The notes under the pieces were generated by a model. It made no database searches. It saw nothing but the letters and a program-made list of their open reading frames with translations, and was not told the DNA's origin. From IMG/VR virus record IMGVR_UViG_3300027909_000035: a stretch of 46,186 nucleotides of DNA. The stretch is one strand, 5' to 3'. Numbering within the stretch: the stretch's first letter is position 1; every line of letters begins with the position of its first letter. Made by a program: the position numbers and the translations under genes. Source of the stretch: a virus. Positions 17,066 through 26,760 of the stretch are shown here, piece by piece.

Positions 17066-17281
17066 ATGGCGAAGAATTCAGCCGTAGGTCAGGAGTTGGC
17101 CGATGCCTTGCGAGCGTTAAACATCGGTGATCCGCACAGCATCAAGCGTGTGGTCATCGATATTGATATGGCCAAGGCAGGGCTTCCTGAGATCTACGTA
17201 GAACACTACAGCGGGACAGAGGTAATTGATGTTGTGAAAGCGCTTTCCAGCGTCACGGTAACTGTCAAGGAAAAGGAGTAA
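17066..17281 (+). CDS. Hypothetical small protein (71 aa)
   Basis: ATG 17066 lies 1 nt after the preceding stop. Lies in track ORF 16934..17281. Confidence 0.5.
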   Translation: MAKNSAVGQELADALRALNIGDPHSIKRVVIDIDMAKAGLPEIYVEHYSGTEVIDVVKALSSVTVTVKEKE

Positions 17282-17286
17282 CCACA

Positions 17287-17706
17287 ATGGCAAAAGAGTC
17301 TGGTCTTGCATGGACCACGATGGACATCGACGACGCTACCGGAACCCTACGGGACATTCGGAATGACATCACCAACATGAACTTCGCCACTCCCAGGGGT
17401 GTGCAGGACACAACGGGAATCGACCGGTCAGCCATGGAGCGGTTGCTTCTGCTGGCGGACATGAGCTTTACGTGGAACGGCGTTTTCAACGATGCTGCCA
17501 ACGCATCGCACACCGTATTCAGGACCGTTTCGTCAACTTCTGTGGCGCGTGAGATTGCTTTGGTGGTGTCCGGCCAGACGTTGGGAGTTACCCCTCAAAC
17601 TTCGGTGCTGCTCACGGATTACTCCCTGGCGCGTCCACAGACAGGCGAATTCACTTGGTCTGTGCCTGGCGTACTCGCCAACGGCATCGTGCCCACCTGG
17701 ACGTGA
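17287..17706 (+). CDS. Tail-tube-like protein, short paralog (139 aa)
   Basis: ORF track. Starts MAKESGL like 15821. The shared motifs are encoded by different codons. Confidence 0.65.
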   Translation: MAKESGLAWTTMDIDDATGTLRDIRNDITNMNFATPRGVQDTTGIDRSAMERLLLLADMSFTWNGVFNDAANASHTVFRTVSSTSVAREIALVVSGQTLGVTPQTSVLLTDYSLARPQTGEFTWSVPGVLANGIVPTWT

Positions 17707-17710
17707 TGAG

Positions 17711-18124
17711 ATGGGTTTCCTGGTACCTACAGATGTTGTCCCGCTTTCCTTCTCCCATCCATCTCTAGAAGGTTTTGAGGTTTGGATGGGAAGGCCACCC
17801 ATAGAGGCAATTGGCGACATGATGCTCATGGGTGGAATAGATTCGGGCAGCATGACTGAGGACGATGTCAAACGACTGGTCCGCGTATTCAATGCATTCG
17901 CTCTCTGCCTAAAGCGATGGAACGCCGAAGTCCAAGTGTTGGATGAGCACGGCGTACCCACAGGGGAAAAGATACCCGTACCAGCAACGGCGGAGGGAAT
18001 CCGTTCACTGGATGGGAATTTCATGCTACTGGTGATACTCGGTTGGATAGAGACTGTAACCGGTCTGTCATGGAAAATCAAAGATACCAAAGACATTCCG
18101 ATGATTACCAACGACGGAAACTAG
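17711..18124 (+). CDS. Putative tail assembly chaperone (137 aa)
   Basis: ATG 17711 within track ORF 17492..18124. Acidic protein directly upstream of the tape measure gene. Confidence 0.5.
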   Translation: MGFLVPTDVVPLSFSHPSLEGFEVWMGRPPIEAIGDMMLMGGIDSGSMTEDDVKRLVRVFNAFALCLKRWNAEVQVLDEHGVPTGEKIPVPATAEGIRSLDGNFMLLVILGWIETVTGLSWKIKDTKDIPMITNDGN

Positions 18125-18143
18125 AAGGGAGGTCGGCAGAGAG

Positions 18144-20351
18144 ATGTCCAATGAGGTTGAAATCACAGTTGTAACCAGTGGCGAAGAAAAGGCCAATACG
18201 GCCCTTAAGAGCGTTCAAAAAGAGGGCACCAAAGCGGCTGACAGTATCAACGGCATTGGCACTACAGCACGCGGGATTCTCTCTGCCGACATCATCGGTC
18301 AAATTGGTGATGTCGCCAGGAACAGCTTTGTATCCGCCAGGGTTGCCGCAACCGACCTAGGCGAATCCATGAACGCTGTCAACAAAATCTTTGGAGACAG
18401 TGCCGACGTTATCAACGAATGGGGGGACGAACAGGCTAATGCATATGGTTTGAGCCAGCGAGCATTCAATCAAATGGCCGTGCCTATTGGTGCCAGCTTG
18501 AAAAACGTTGGCCTGGAAATGAACGAGGTAGCTCGCCTCACGCTGTTGCTAACAGAACGTGCGGCTGACATGGGGTCAGTGTTCAATCAAGACGTAGCAA
18601 CGGTTTTACAGGACATACAGGCTGCTTTGCGTGGTGAGGCTGACCCCATCGAGAAATACGGCGTTGGCCTTCAGGCTGCCGCTGTTGAGCAACAGGCGTT
18701 GGCCGAGTCAGGCAAGGAATCAGTTTCCCAACTGACCAACCAAGACAAGATGCTCGCACGAGTCAACTTGCTGATAAAGCAAACTGCCGACTCAGCAGGC
18801 GATTTCAAAGACACAACGGATCAATATGCAAATGCTCAGCGAGTGGCTAACGCACAAATCGAAGAGGCGCAAGCAAAGATTGGGCAAGCGTTCCTCCCTC
18901 TACTGGCGGAAGTCGCTCAGGTTGGGGGCAGGGTGGCTGATGTCTTCAGCGGTTTGCCTGGTCCCGTTCAGACAACCACGGCGGTTGTGCTTGGGCTAGG
19001 CGCAGCCTTCATATTCCTTGCACCCAAATTGGTTGCCGCTGTTGATGCGTTCCGAGAAATCCGCACCAGCCTCCCTGATGCCGACAGCAAAATGGGCAAG
19101 ATGGCTGCCACAGCAGGAAAAACGGCAGGGGTCATAGGAGCGTTGGCGATAGCCGGACAGATAGCAAGCGCGGTATTCGGCACCCAATTGAACCCTCAAG
19201 TTGAGGAACTGGCTGCCAACCTTGAGAAGTTGGGCAAGGATGGAGAGCTGACGGGGGAAGCCGCACGCGTGCTTGGCAAGGATGCCGAGCAACTTAAGCG
19301 CGCTCTGGTACTGCTGCATGATGACGGATTTGCCGACATCCCCGACGATACCGCCGAGGCTATCGAAGGGTTCCTAGGGCTATCTGATGCCTTGGGAGAC
19401 AGCAGCTTTGGCCATGCTCGTGAACGTATTGCCGCTGTTGATGCTGCCATGGCGAAATTGGTTGAGGACGGCAAGACCCAAGAGGCTGCCGCTGCATTCA
19501 AGCTGTTAGCTGAGATGGGCAAGGAATCTGGTGTCACTACAGAGGATTTGATAGCTGGTCTACCACAATACGCGGCTGCACAAGAGAAAGCCAACCGTAA
19601 GACATCGGAAGCCAAGACACAGATTCAGGGTCAGGTAATTGCCCTCAAGGATTTGCACGATGCGTTGCGCGCGCAGAGTGATCCATTGTTTGCATTGATC
19701 GATGCTCAACAAAACCTTGCTGAGAAACAAAAAGAGCTTAAAGAGGCAACCGAGAAACATGGTAAGACTTCCCAAGAGGTGAAGGATGCCACGATTGAAC
19801 TAGCCAAGGCAGGCATTGAATTGTCAGGTGCTGTGTCTGACGCACAAGGGAAGTTTGATGGGAAGCTTACTCCCGCCATGAAAGCAGCGCTGACAGCAGC
19901 AGGATTGACTGAGAGGCAAATAGCCGAACTGGAAACAGGTTTCAGAAATGCTACGGCAGCAGGAGACGCGTTCGCCAAGAATTACAGCGCAACAGTGACT
20001 GTGACCTATCGGGAGAAGGGTCGCGCTATTGCCATTAGTGATGAATTCCAATCAGGTGTAGGTGGAAGACAGTCAGGCGGTTACGGCTCAGGTTGGGTTG
20101 TGGCAGGTGAGCATGGGCAACCGGAACTGGTCAACCTTGGTGCCTCGGGACGTGTTTACAACAGCGTTGAATCACGCGGTAAAGCCGCTGAGCTGGCACA
20201 GGGAACCGGTATGGGGATGGGGATGTCAGGTCCCCTGCAAGTGGATGTGAACTTGAATATCCAAGGGGCTGAACGAGAGTTCGTGTCGTTCTTCAAGAAA
20301 ATCATTGACACAGAAGGTGGCGGGGACGTTACCAACTTGAACACCAACTAG
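18144..20351 (+). CDS. Tape measure protein
   Basis: 735 aa, Ala/Gly/Gln-rich and predicted helical, with a central hydrophobic segment. Canonical position. Confidence 0.85.
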   Translation: MSNEVEITVVTSGEEKANTALKSVQKEGTKAADSINGIGTTARGILSADIIGQIGDVARNSFVSARVAATDLGESMNAVNKIFGDSADVINEWGDEQANAYGLSQRAFNQMAVPIGASLKNVGLEMNEVARLTLLLTERAADMGSVFNQDVATVLQDIQAALRGEADPIEKYGVGLQAAAVEQQALAESGKESVSQLTNQDKMLARVNLLIKQTADSAGDFKDTTDQYANAQRVANAQIEEAQAKIGQAFLPLLAEVAQVGGRVADVFSGLPGPVQTTTAVVLGLGAAFIFLAPKLVAAVDAFREIRTSLPDADSKMGKMAATAGKTAGVIGALAIAGQIASAVFGTQLNPQVEELAANLEKLGKDGELTGEAARVLGKDAEQLKRALVLLHDDGFADIPDDTAEAIEGFLGLSDALGDSSFGHARERIAAVDAAMAKLVEDGKTQEAAAAFKLLAEMGKESGVTTEDLIAGLPQYAAAQEKANRKTSEAKTQIQGQVIALKDLHDALRAQSDPLFALIDAQQNLAEKQKELKEATEKHGKTSQEVKDATIELAKAGIELSGAVSDAQGKFDGKLTPAMKAALTAAGLTERQIAELETGFRNATAAGDAFAKNYSATVTVTYREKGRAIAISDEFQSGVGGRQSGGYGSGWVVAGEHGQPELVNLGASGRVYNSVESRGKAAELAQGTGMGMGMSGPLQVDVNLNIQGAEREFVSFFKKIIDTEGGGDVTNLNTN

Positions 20352-20881
20352 TGAGGGCAATCATGTTCGGACATCGTTACGTCGCATACAATCACGGGAT
20401 GGTGACAACAGCGGCATTCGTTCCTGTGGCATTCACAACCAACCTCAGGACGCAACTGCAAATCGCTGTGCCTTCAACGCGTAAGCTGTACATCCTTGAA
20501 TGGGGATACAGGCTGGACGCCGCTCCTAGTGCGGCTTCTAAAATTGAATTGCTTGACACTGATGTGGCTGCAACAACCGGCACGGCCCACATTGCGTCAG
20601 GAGTGCAGCCACTTGACCCTGATTTGCCTGCCTCCCTTGTGACGCTCGGCACTGGCGCTACCGGCTACACGTTTACCGCCGAAGGCGCCACAACCGCCTC
20701 ACGTAGCCATGATGAGATCGAGCTGCCTGCCAACTGCACCACGGCGTTTGGTGGTACCACATATAAGGAGACATGGCTTCCACACACTGCGCCTGTGGTG
20801 GACACAGGACGATTCCTAAGGGTCCGCACGCACATGGGTTCAGCTGTCAATGGTATTTGCTGGGTTAAATGGGGCGAGTGA
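20351..20881 (+). CDS. Putative distal tail protein (176 aa)
   Basis: ORF track (GTG start; alternative ATG 20363). Position is right after the tape measure gene. Confidence 0.45.
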   Translation: MRAIMFGHRYVAYNHGMVTTAAFVPVAFTTNLRTQLQIAVPSTRKLYILEWGYRLDAAPSAASKIELLDTDVAATTGTAHIASGVQPLDPDLPASLVTLGTGATGYTFTAEGATTASRSHDEIELPANCTTAFGGTTYKETWLPHTAPVVDTGRFLRVRTHMGSAVNGICWVKWGE

Positions 20882-23800
20882 TGGTCAGCAAACCAGCAGC
20901 GGAAGAAATGTGGAGGGCAGCCTACGGCTACACTGACACACTACATACGTTCGTACCTGTGCTTGTCGGATCACATAGAACTGTAACGTTTCCAACGACC
21001 GGACTAGGCACCAAATGCCGTATTGCGTTGAGTGCCAACCTGTCTGAAGACTGGCGGTCATGGAACTGGCTTGACATCAGCGATCGTGTCCGTTGGCAGG
21101 ATGGTGTCACGGTCGTCTCCGGCAAGCGGGATCGTGACCCCAACGTCCCCGCCTCCACAGCTACATTCACCGTGGAGAACATAGACGGAGAGTTGTCCAG
21201 ACAGAATGTGTATAGCACGTTGTACGGCTTGCTGTTCAAGCACAACCCTATCTGGCTGACGGTTGACGCAGGTAACGGGGACTTTGATGAGTTCTTTGGG
21301 TTCACTCAAGAGCTACCGAAACGCTCTGACCGGTCAGGCACTGACGGACGAATCAATATGGTGTGCAAGGGTCCGCTAGATCACATCTTCAGGAGCAAGG
21401 AAGTTGAGAGTCCACTACGGACGGCGTGTATTGCTGCCGCGCCAACGCATCTGTGGACTCTTGAAGAGGAAGCTTCTGCCGACCAAGCCGCATCAGCGCT
21501 GACTGATGGTGTGGCAATGACTCAGTCAGGCACGATCGATTGGGCAGCGTCATCGACGATAGTCGGAGCAAAACCGTTGCCTAACTTACGTTCCGGTTCT
21601 GGCACACTGACAGGTGCATTGGACCAAGGGATTCCAGGCGGGGCACCTGGATATGCGTTCGACCACAACTACATCGTGAGTGTGGTCACCAATCCGGAAG
21701 ATTTCGCTTCGGGGTCGGCAACACTGTTCCATATAGGCACTGAGAATCAAAACTCAATTTCCGGATGGGACCTGAACGTTACCAACACTGGCACCCTGCA
21801 ACTGATTTCATATGACTACAGTGCTATCCCAGTGCCGACAACGCAACTGACCTCCGCCGTGATAGATGGCATCTTCACAGAACCAAAGCTCATATCAATG
21901 ACTGGCGAGCTTATCGACCACACCACAGGAGACGCTGAGTTTCGCATCTTGGTTAACAACGTGGAAGTGGCAACCGTGTCGCTTGTTCAATATACCGGTA
22001 ACCTGATGACCGGCAGGCTGACCGCTTCCAGTGCCTCAGAGGCCTTACCGCTTGGGTTCTTTATGGTGCATCATCTTGATTATTTTGATGATGGAGACTA
22101 CTTGAGGAACGTGGATGAGGTACCAAACGCGGATGAAATTATTGCTGCGCTTACGGGTCACACGGGGGAAATGATTCATGAGCGTATCAGACGAGTGTGC
22201 CGACAAAAGAACATCACGTTCTATACCTCAGCGGGAGTAAGTCAGGCCCTTGGACCGCAACCGATTGACACACCCATCAACATCATTCGCGATGCTGAGA
22301 AGATTGAAGGTACGGTATACGAAAAGGAGTTTGGTCTGGCGTATAAATCGCTGAATGAGTACTACCGGCAACCTGTTTCACTACCGCTCGATATAGCGGA
22401 AGGCCACATTGTAGGCGAGTTGGCACCCGTTGACGACACCACCAAGTTCTACAACCAATGGACGATATCCAGGTCTGGTGGTTCAAGCTCGACTCAACAG
22501 AAGGACGGTGGTATATCCGCCAACGAAGAGACATTTGCAAACCAAGAGACACTGAACCTTGAAAACGATGTGCAAACAGCCTGGCTGGCTTCCTACCGTG
22601 CGAATAGGGACGCCTCTGAGGCTGATCGCTGGCCATCCGTGAAAATCCTCTTGGAGAAGAACCCAGAGTTGATCCTTACTTATCAAGCAATGCCATATGG
22701 GGCACGTGTCACAGTGGACAACATGAAAACCCGTTGGGGTGTGATAGCCCTGGATTTGATCGTAGAAGGCAAGGTTGTCTTCTTCAACTCCAAGCAATAC
22801 CAGGTGACGCTCAACTCATCTGATGCAACCATTCACAGAATAGGTGAAGTCGAAGGCGACCAATCCCTTGATTCCAATAGCCTTTTCCTAAACGCTGCGT
22901 TGGATGAAACGGTAAGGCTCAAGGAAACTTTCGATCGAGACAACATCGTAGGCGCCTGGAATGATCCTGATATAGGTCCGTCATGGTCACAGACAGGCTC
23001 AGGAACAGGCAGTATCAGTGTCACTGATGGTGTTGGGGTGCAATCGATTACATCCGGTACAGGTTCCATGACAAGCGTGCTAGCTAACTCGCAGCTTAAT
23101 TCCAGTATCCTGGCTGACTTCCGATGTACGGTACTGCCCAACGTGAATAACGTTGAATGCAAAGTGATACTACGGTTTGTGGATGCAAACAACCTAATCG
23201 ATGCTCGGGTGTTTGCGCGCTCCTCCAATGATTGCACTATCGCTATCCGGCAAATCGTTGCAGGTGTGGAAACAGTGTCCGCCTTTCCTGTAGTGGCAGG
23301 GGTCGCGGCAACGGATTGGATACGCATTCTAGTTGTTGCGCAAGGCAGTTTCTTTGCCGCAAAGGCCTGGAATCGTGATACCGCTATAGAGCCTTCCACC
23401 TGGACTGTTCAGATGGTCACCACGCATTTGACAGCAGGCGCAACACATCTGGAGGAATTGCTAGGCGGAGGGTTCACAGGTCCATATCCCACGATCATAA
23501 ACTGGGATAACGTATATGAGCCTGGAACGCTTGAAGTCATCTCGACCGATGCACATGAGCGCGTGACAACCGATGCTGACGACTTCCCCGTAGACATAAA
23601 CATCTTGGGTGAGCAGATAACCGCCGTGTCAGTGGGTGAAATAGGTTTCGACTTGTTCGGTCGTACAGCCGTTGACACATGGAGTACTTCGGACAGCGGT
23701 ATTGCCATCGTCAGCCTAGGCGGGGCAGGAACAGACTACGATGTGAATGGCGGTACTGGAAAACAGTTGCTCACTTCTGTAAACGTCATGCGCCACAGCG

Positions 23801-24399
23801 TTTATGCGCTTCAATCCGGTCTTGAACCCACCGCGTACCATAACATAGAGTTTTACGTTGATGTGAAGATTTCCGTTACCCCAACGGGAAATGCAATCTC
23901 ATGTTGGTTGACTCACCGGTTCATAGATGTCGATAACTACTACGATATCGCTCTGCTGTTCAACACTGACCTCAGTGTCAACATGGTTGCTGGTATTCGT
24001 GCAGGTGGAACCCACACATTGTTGTCAGGTAACGGTCTTCAGACCGGCATAGGAAACTTCACTGTAGGGCAGTTCTGGCGCATGCAAATGCGAGTCATGG
24101 GAAACCTTATCAGTGGCAAAGGGTGGGAAGTAAGCACGATGGTTGAGCCATCAGAGTACCAAGTGAGTGGCGATCCCTCACTGAGCGAGGGACTGGCACA
24201 CCCTATCGGGTCTGATTTCGCGCTACAGTCCAGATTGGAACCTGGTAACACCAACATAAACCCCACCGTCGAATGGGATAACCTGCACATCATAAATCCG
24301 CAAAGGCTTGCGGTGCATAGGCATATCAATGATGTCGAACGCGCTCATCCTAAGGGCAGGCAAGTAACCGCTTACGATCCTTTCATTCTAGGACTGTGA
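20869..24399 (+). CDS. Large tail tip / receptor-binding protein (1176 aa)
   Basis: ORF track (alternative start 20881 overlapping the preceding TGA). Contains two internally repeated lectin-like modules in the C-terminal half. Confidence 0.8.
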   Translation: MGRVMVSKPAAEEMWRAAYGYTDTLHTFVPVLVGSHRTVTFPTTGLGTKCRIALSANLSEDWRSWNWLDISDRVRWQDGVTVVSGKRDRDPNVPASTATFTVENIDGELSRQNVYSTLYGLLFKHNPIWLTVDAGNGDFDEFFGFTQELPKRSDRSGTDGRINMVCKGPLDHIFRSKEVESPLRTACIAAAPTHLWTLEEEASADQAASALTDGVAMTQSGTIDWAASSTIVGAKPLPNLRSGSGTLTGALDQGIPGGAPGYAFDHNYIVSVVTNPEDFASGSATLFHIGTENQNSISGWDLNVTNTGTLQLISYDYSAIPVPTTQLTSAVIDGIFTEPKLISMTGELIDHTTGDAEFRILVNNVEVATVSLVQYTGNLMTGRLTASSASEALPLGFFMVHHLDYFDDGDYLRNVDEVPNADEIIAALTGHTGEMIHERIRRVCRQKNITFYTSAGVSQALGPQPIDTPINIIRDAEKIEGTVYEKEFGLAYKSLNEYYRQPVSLPLDIAEGHIVGELAPVDDTTKFYNQWTISRSGGSSSTQQKDGGISANEETFANQETLNLENDVQTAWLASYRANRDASEADRWPSVKILLEKNPELILTYQAMPYGARVTVDNMKTRWGVIALDLIVEGKVVFFNSKQYQVTLNSSDATIHRIGEVEGDQSLDSNSLFLNAALDETVRLKETFDRDNIVGAWNDPDIGPSWSQTGSGTGSISVTDGVGVQSITSGTGSMTSVLANSQLNSSILADFRCTVLPNVNNVECKVILRFVDANNLIDARVFARSSNDCTIAIRQIVAGVETVSAFPVVAGVAATDWIRILVVAQGSFFAAKAWNRDTAIEPSTWTVQMVTTHLTAGATHLEELLGGGFTGPYPTIINWDNVYEPGTLEVISTDAHERVTTDADDFPVDINILGEQITAVSVGEIGFDLFGRTAVDTWSTSDSGIAIVSLGGAGTDYDVNGGTGKQLLTSVNVMRHSVYALQSGLEPTAYHNIEFYVDVKISVTPTGNAISCWLTHRFIDVDNYYDIALLFNTDLSVNMVAGIRAGGTHTLLSGNGLQTGIGNFTVGQFWRMQMRVMGNLISGKGWEVSTMVEPSEYQVSGDPSLSEGLAHPIGSDFALQSRLEPGNTNINPTVEWDNLHIINPQRLAVHRHINDVERAHPKGRQVTAYDPFILGL

Positions 24400-24400
24400 C

Positions 24401-24859
24401 ATGGCCGTTTTTCGCACATTGCAACGTCTCAGAGTCGCTGATCTCATCGACTTGCAGAGGCTGACCGAGGCTTGGGAGACATACGATTTGGAGTGGACAT
24501 CCGATGGTGTCGCTCCAGTGATTGGAAATGGCGTACTTACCGGAAAGAAACTCACTGTCGGAAAGACAGTTTACAATTACATAGATGCGGCCATGGGTTC
24601 GACAACCACATTTGGTTCTGGTACGTATTTTTTCTCGCTGTCACAAACTGCCAAGTCGGGACAGCTGCCCATAGGTGCGATGTATATGGCGGACTTCAGT
24701 GCTGGCACCAATAAGTCAGGCATCCTGGCTGGGTTTGGTTCACCATCAACCGATGTGATCGGCGTGTCCTCTGCCGATACCACAATAGCGGCAACAGTTC
24801 CGCACACTTGGGCTGTCTCTGACAGACTCGCTGGAATAGTCATGTTTGAGGTGACGTAA
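24401..24859 (+). CDS. Hypothetical minor tail protein (152 aa)
   Basis: ORF track. Starts 1 nt after the preceding stop. Confidence 0.6.
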   Translation: MAVFRTLQRLRVADLIDLQRLTEAWETYDLEWTSDGVAPVIGNGVLTGKKLTVGKTVYNYIDAAMGSTTTFGSGTYFFSLSQTAKSGQLPIGAMYMADFSAGTNKSGILAGFGSPSTDVIGVSSADTTIAATVPHTWAVSDRLAGIVMFEVT

Positions 24860-25182
24860 TGAATATCTACCGACTCGCACCCGGTCAAGTCCTGTTTGAG
24901 GGCACCAACTTTACACGAAGGATGGTGCTGGACAGGGTCCGTGAACTACTTGAAGAGAAAGGAATCCATCCTATTGAGGCTGAAGGCGCGATAATCGACA
25001 ATCATCCTCCCAAGGTTGCGCTGGCTTGGTGGGATGAAGAAGCTGGCTTTGTTCAGGAAGACTATGAAGGCGCAACCGCCGTGACGGTGGTAAGCGTTCC
25101 GGATGATCCAAGGGTGTTCGATGATCCAAGGGTCACACGGAACAGGCGAAGGAACGGCAACGGTAACGACAATATAAGTTAG
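24859..25182 (+). CDS. Hypothetical protein (107 aa)
   Basis: ORF track. ATG overlaps the preceding stop. Confidence 0.55.
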   Translation: MNIYRLAPGQVLFEGTNFTRRMVLDRVRELLEEKGIHPIEAEGAIIDNHPPKVALAWWDEEAGFVQEDYEGATAVTVVSVPDDPRVFDDPRVTRNRRRNGNGNDNIS

Positions 25183-25193
25183 GAGGTGACCAA

Positions 25194-26030
25194 ATGCGTT
25201 CAGCGGCAATGCAATCCTTGACAAACGACATCGAGGCACGGCACCCCGGGGTGACCATTTGGGGGATCGGAGACGATGCCCACAAGACACACCCGTCCGA
25301 CCACAACGAAGACGATACGGCCGGAAGCAAGGCAGCACAGTCGGACTCAGACAGCGTGCCGGAACATCGTGCAATTGATGTGAAGGTAGACGGAACATAC
25401 ATCACTGATACTGAAATGCAGGCCATCATTGATGAAATCCTTGCCGACCCGTACGACTTGGCGAGATTGATTTACATCAATTACAAAAACTGGCAATGGT
25501 CGGCATCAACCGGTTGGGGCAGTGGGCACGACAACAGCGACGATCCGCACCCGACACACGCTCATTTCTCCGGCAAGGCATCAAAAGATGAAGATGGCGC
25601 ACCATGGCTTACAGGAGGTACGGAAGTGGAACTGAGGGCAACACGCGGCATGGGTCAAAACGGTGCCCCGCCGAGTGACAACACAAAGCTATTGCAGCGA
25701 CTGCTGAACATTATCGTCGCGGGTGATCCTCGCCTGACTGACACTACCCATCCTGCATATCATCCTTTGACGGTTGACGGTAACTACGGCGGAAATACCG
25801 CCTATTGGGTTTCGGTTCAGGGTCCTGGCGGAAATGGTGACATCGTGGATGGTGATTGGTTCGGTAAATTCATGGCGATGGCTACCGACCGCACTACCCG
25901 CGATGCCATGGCCGCGCACCTGACGAACACTGAGCATGGCGGAGGGGAGCTACCCGCTACCGTCGAGCTAACGATTCCCGAACAGTCATACACGATTCCC
26001 GCACAGACCGTTATAGCAACTATCATTTAA
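25194..26030 (+). CDS. Endolysin: LAS/M23-like metallopeptidase domain plus peptidoglycan-binding domain
   Basis: EHRAID (HxxxD) and THAHF (HxH) spaced like lysostaphin-type peptidases. LLQRLLN...LTVDGNYGGNTAYWV resembles PG_binding_1. AGGAGG RBS. Confidence 0.65.
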   Translation: MRSAAMQSLTNDIEARHPGVTIWGIGDDAHKTHPSDHNEDDTAGSKAAQSDSDSVPEHRAIDVKVDGTYITDTEMQAIIDEILADPYDLARLIYINYKNWQWSASTGWGSGHDNSDDPHPTHAHFSGKASKDEDGAPWLTGGTEVELRATRGMGQNGAPPSDNTKLLQRLLNIIVAGDPRLTDTTHPAYHPLTVDGNYGGNTAYWVSVQGPGGNGDIVDGDWFGKFMAMATDRTTRDAMAAHLTNTEHGGGELPATVELTIPEQSYTIPAQTVIATII

Positions 26031-26046
26031 AAGGATGTGATGACAA

Positions 26047-26409
26047 TTGAATGATTTAAAGGCAATACACAAAACAGTGATTGCTGTCTTCTTCCTAGGC
26101 ACCATCGCTCTCTTGCAGGCATTGGGCAAGCAGACAGAAAGCTTTGTCACGGTGGGTTTGCTTGTGCTTGCAGGGCTCGGTTTTGTGATCGGAAAAGTCG
26201 AGGCGGTACAGAAGCAAACCAACGGTGGGCAAGAAAAACTGATTCAGGTAATAGAGGATCGCAATAGACGTGACGGTGAGATCCTAAAATTGGTTGCTGG
26301 CATGACGCCAGCACCTACCGTGCTCGACGGAACCGTTACGACAACAACCACAACTGCCACGGAAGGGGCTATTGATGGTGGTGAAAAATCCTTGGTTGAG
26401 TCGCGCTAG
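26047..26409 (+). CDS. Holin-like membrane protein (120 aa, 2 TM)
   Basis: TTG start after AGGA. Hydrophobic segments VIAVFFLGTIALLQALG and FVTVGLLVLAGLGFVIG. Sits next to the endolysin. Confidence 0.55.
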   Translation: MNDLKAIHKTVIAVFFLGTIALLQALGKQTESFVTVGLLVLAGLGFVIGKVEAVQKQTNGGQEKLIQVIEDRNRRDGEILKLVAGMTPAPTVLDGTVTTTTTTATEGAIDGGEKSLVESR

Positions 26410-26581
26410 GAAATTCCTTATCGCGGCTGCCGTTGCAGCAGTGGAGATTGCCAATGTTTGGACGAACGGCCCGGACTGGCTATATGCCGCTGCACCCGTG
26501 GTTGGTGCTCTCTTGGTTTACACCGTGGGCAACGCTCCGGAGTACGCCGACCCGCGCAAGGGTGAGCATCACGTACATTAA
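26372..26581 (+). CDS. Second small membrane protein (69 aa, 2 TM), holin/antiholin-like
   Basis: ORF track. Hydrophobic segments FLIAAAVAAVEIANVW and LYAAAPVVGALLVYTVG. Confidence 0.5.
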   Translation: MMVVKNPWLSRARKFLIAAAVAAVEIANVWTNGPDWLYAAAPVVGALLVYTVGNAPEYADPRKGEHHVH

Positions 26582-26598
26582 TTGAAGAGCATAAATTG

Positions 26599-26640
26599 CT
26601 GCCTGATCATAGTTTCTGCTGGTCAGGCAGTAATCTATTT
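26599..26640 (+). terminator. Terminator of the late operon
   Basis: CTGCCTGA...TCAGGCAG 8-bp stem followed by a T-rich TAATCTATTT. Confidence 0.5.
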
Positions 26641-26648
26641 ACGTCAAG

Positions 26649-26664
26649 TGTGACGTACGTCACA
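26649..26664. promoter_or_regulatory. 16-bp perfect palindrome TGTGACGTACGTCACA (CRP/FNR-type TGTGA-N6-TCACA)
   Basis: Perfect dyad. TTGACA lies 5 nt downstream (26670..26675). A sister site is at 40479..40494. Confidence 0.6.
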
Positions 26665-26760
26665 GATCTTGACAAGTTTTTCGGCCAAGGCATACCCTCA
26701 GGGGCAAAACTGCATAGCTTAGAAGGGGGATCATGTACCCGGTACGTGGTCCCTCAGCTT

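Noticed and set aside
17963-17971. GGGGAAAAG stretch in the chaperone candidate as a -1 frameshift site (G/GT-type)
   Set aside because: In frame it reads GGG GAA AAG, which is not an X XXY YYZ heptamer. The -1 frame extends only to about 18170, with no substantial extension domain.
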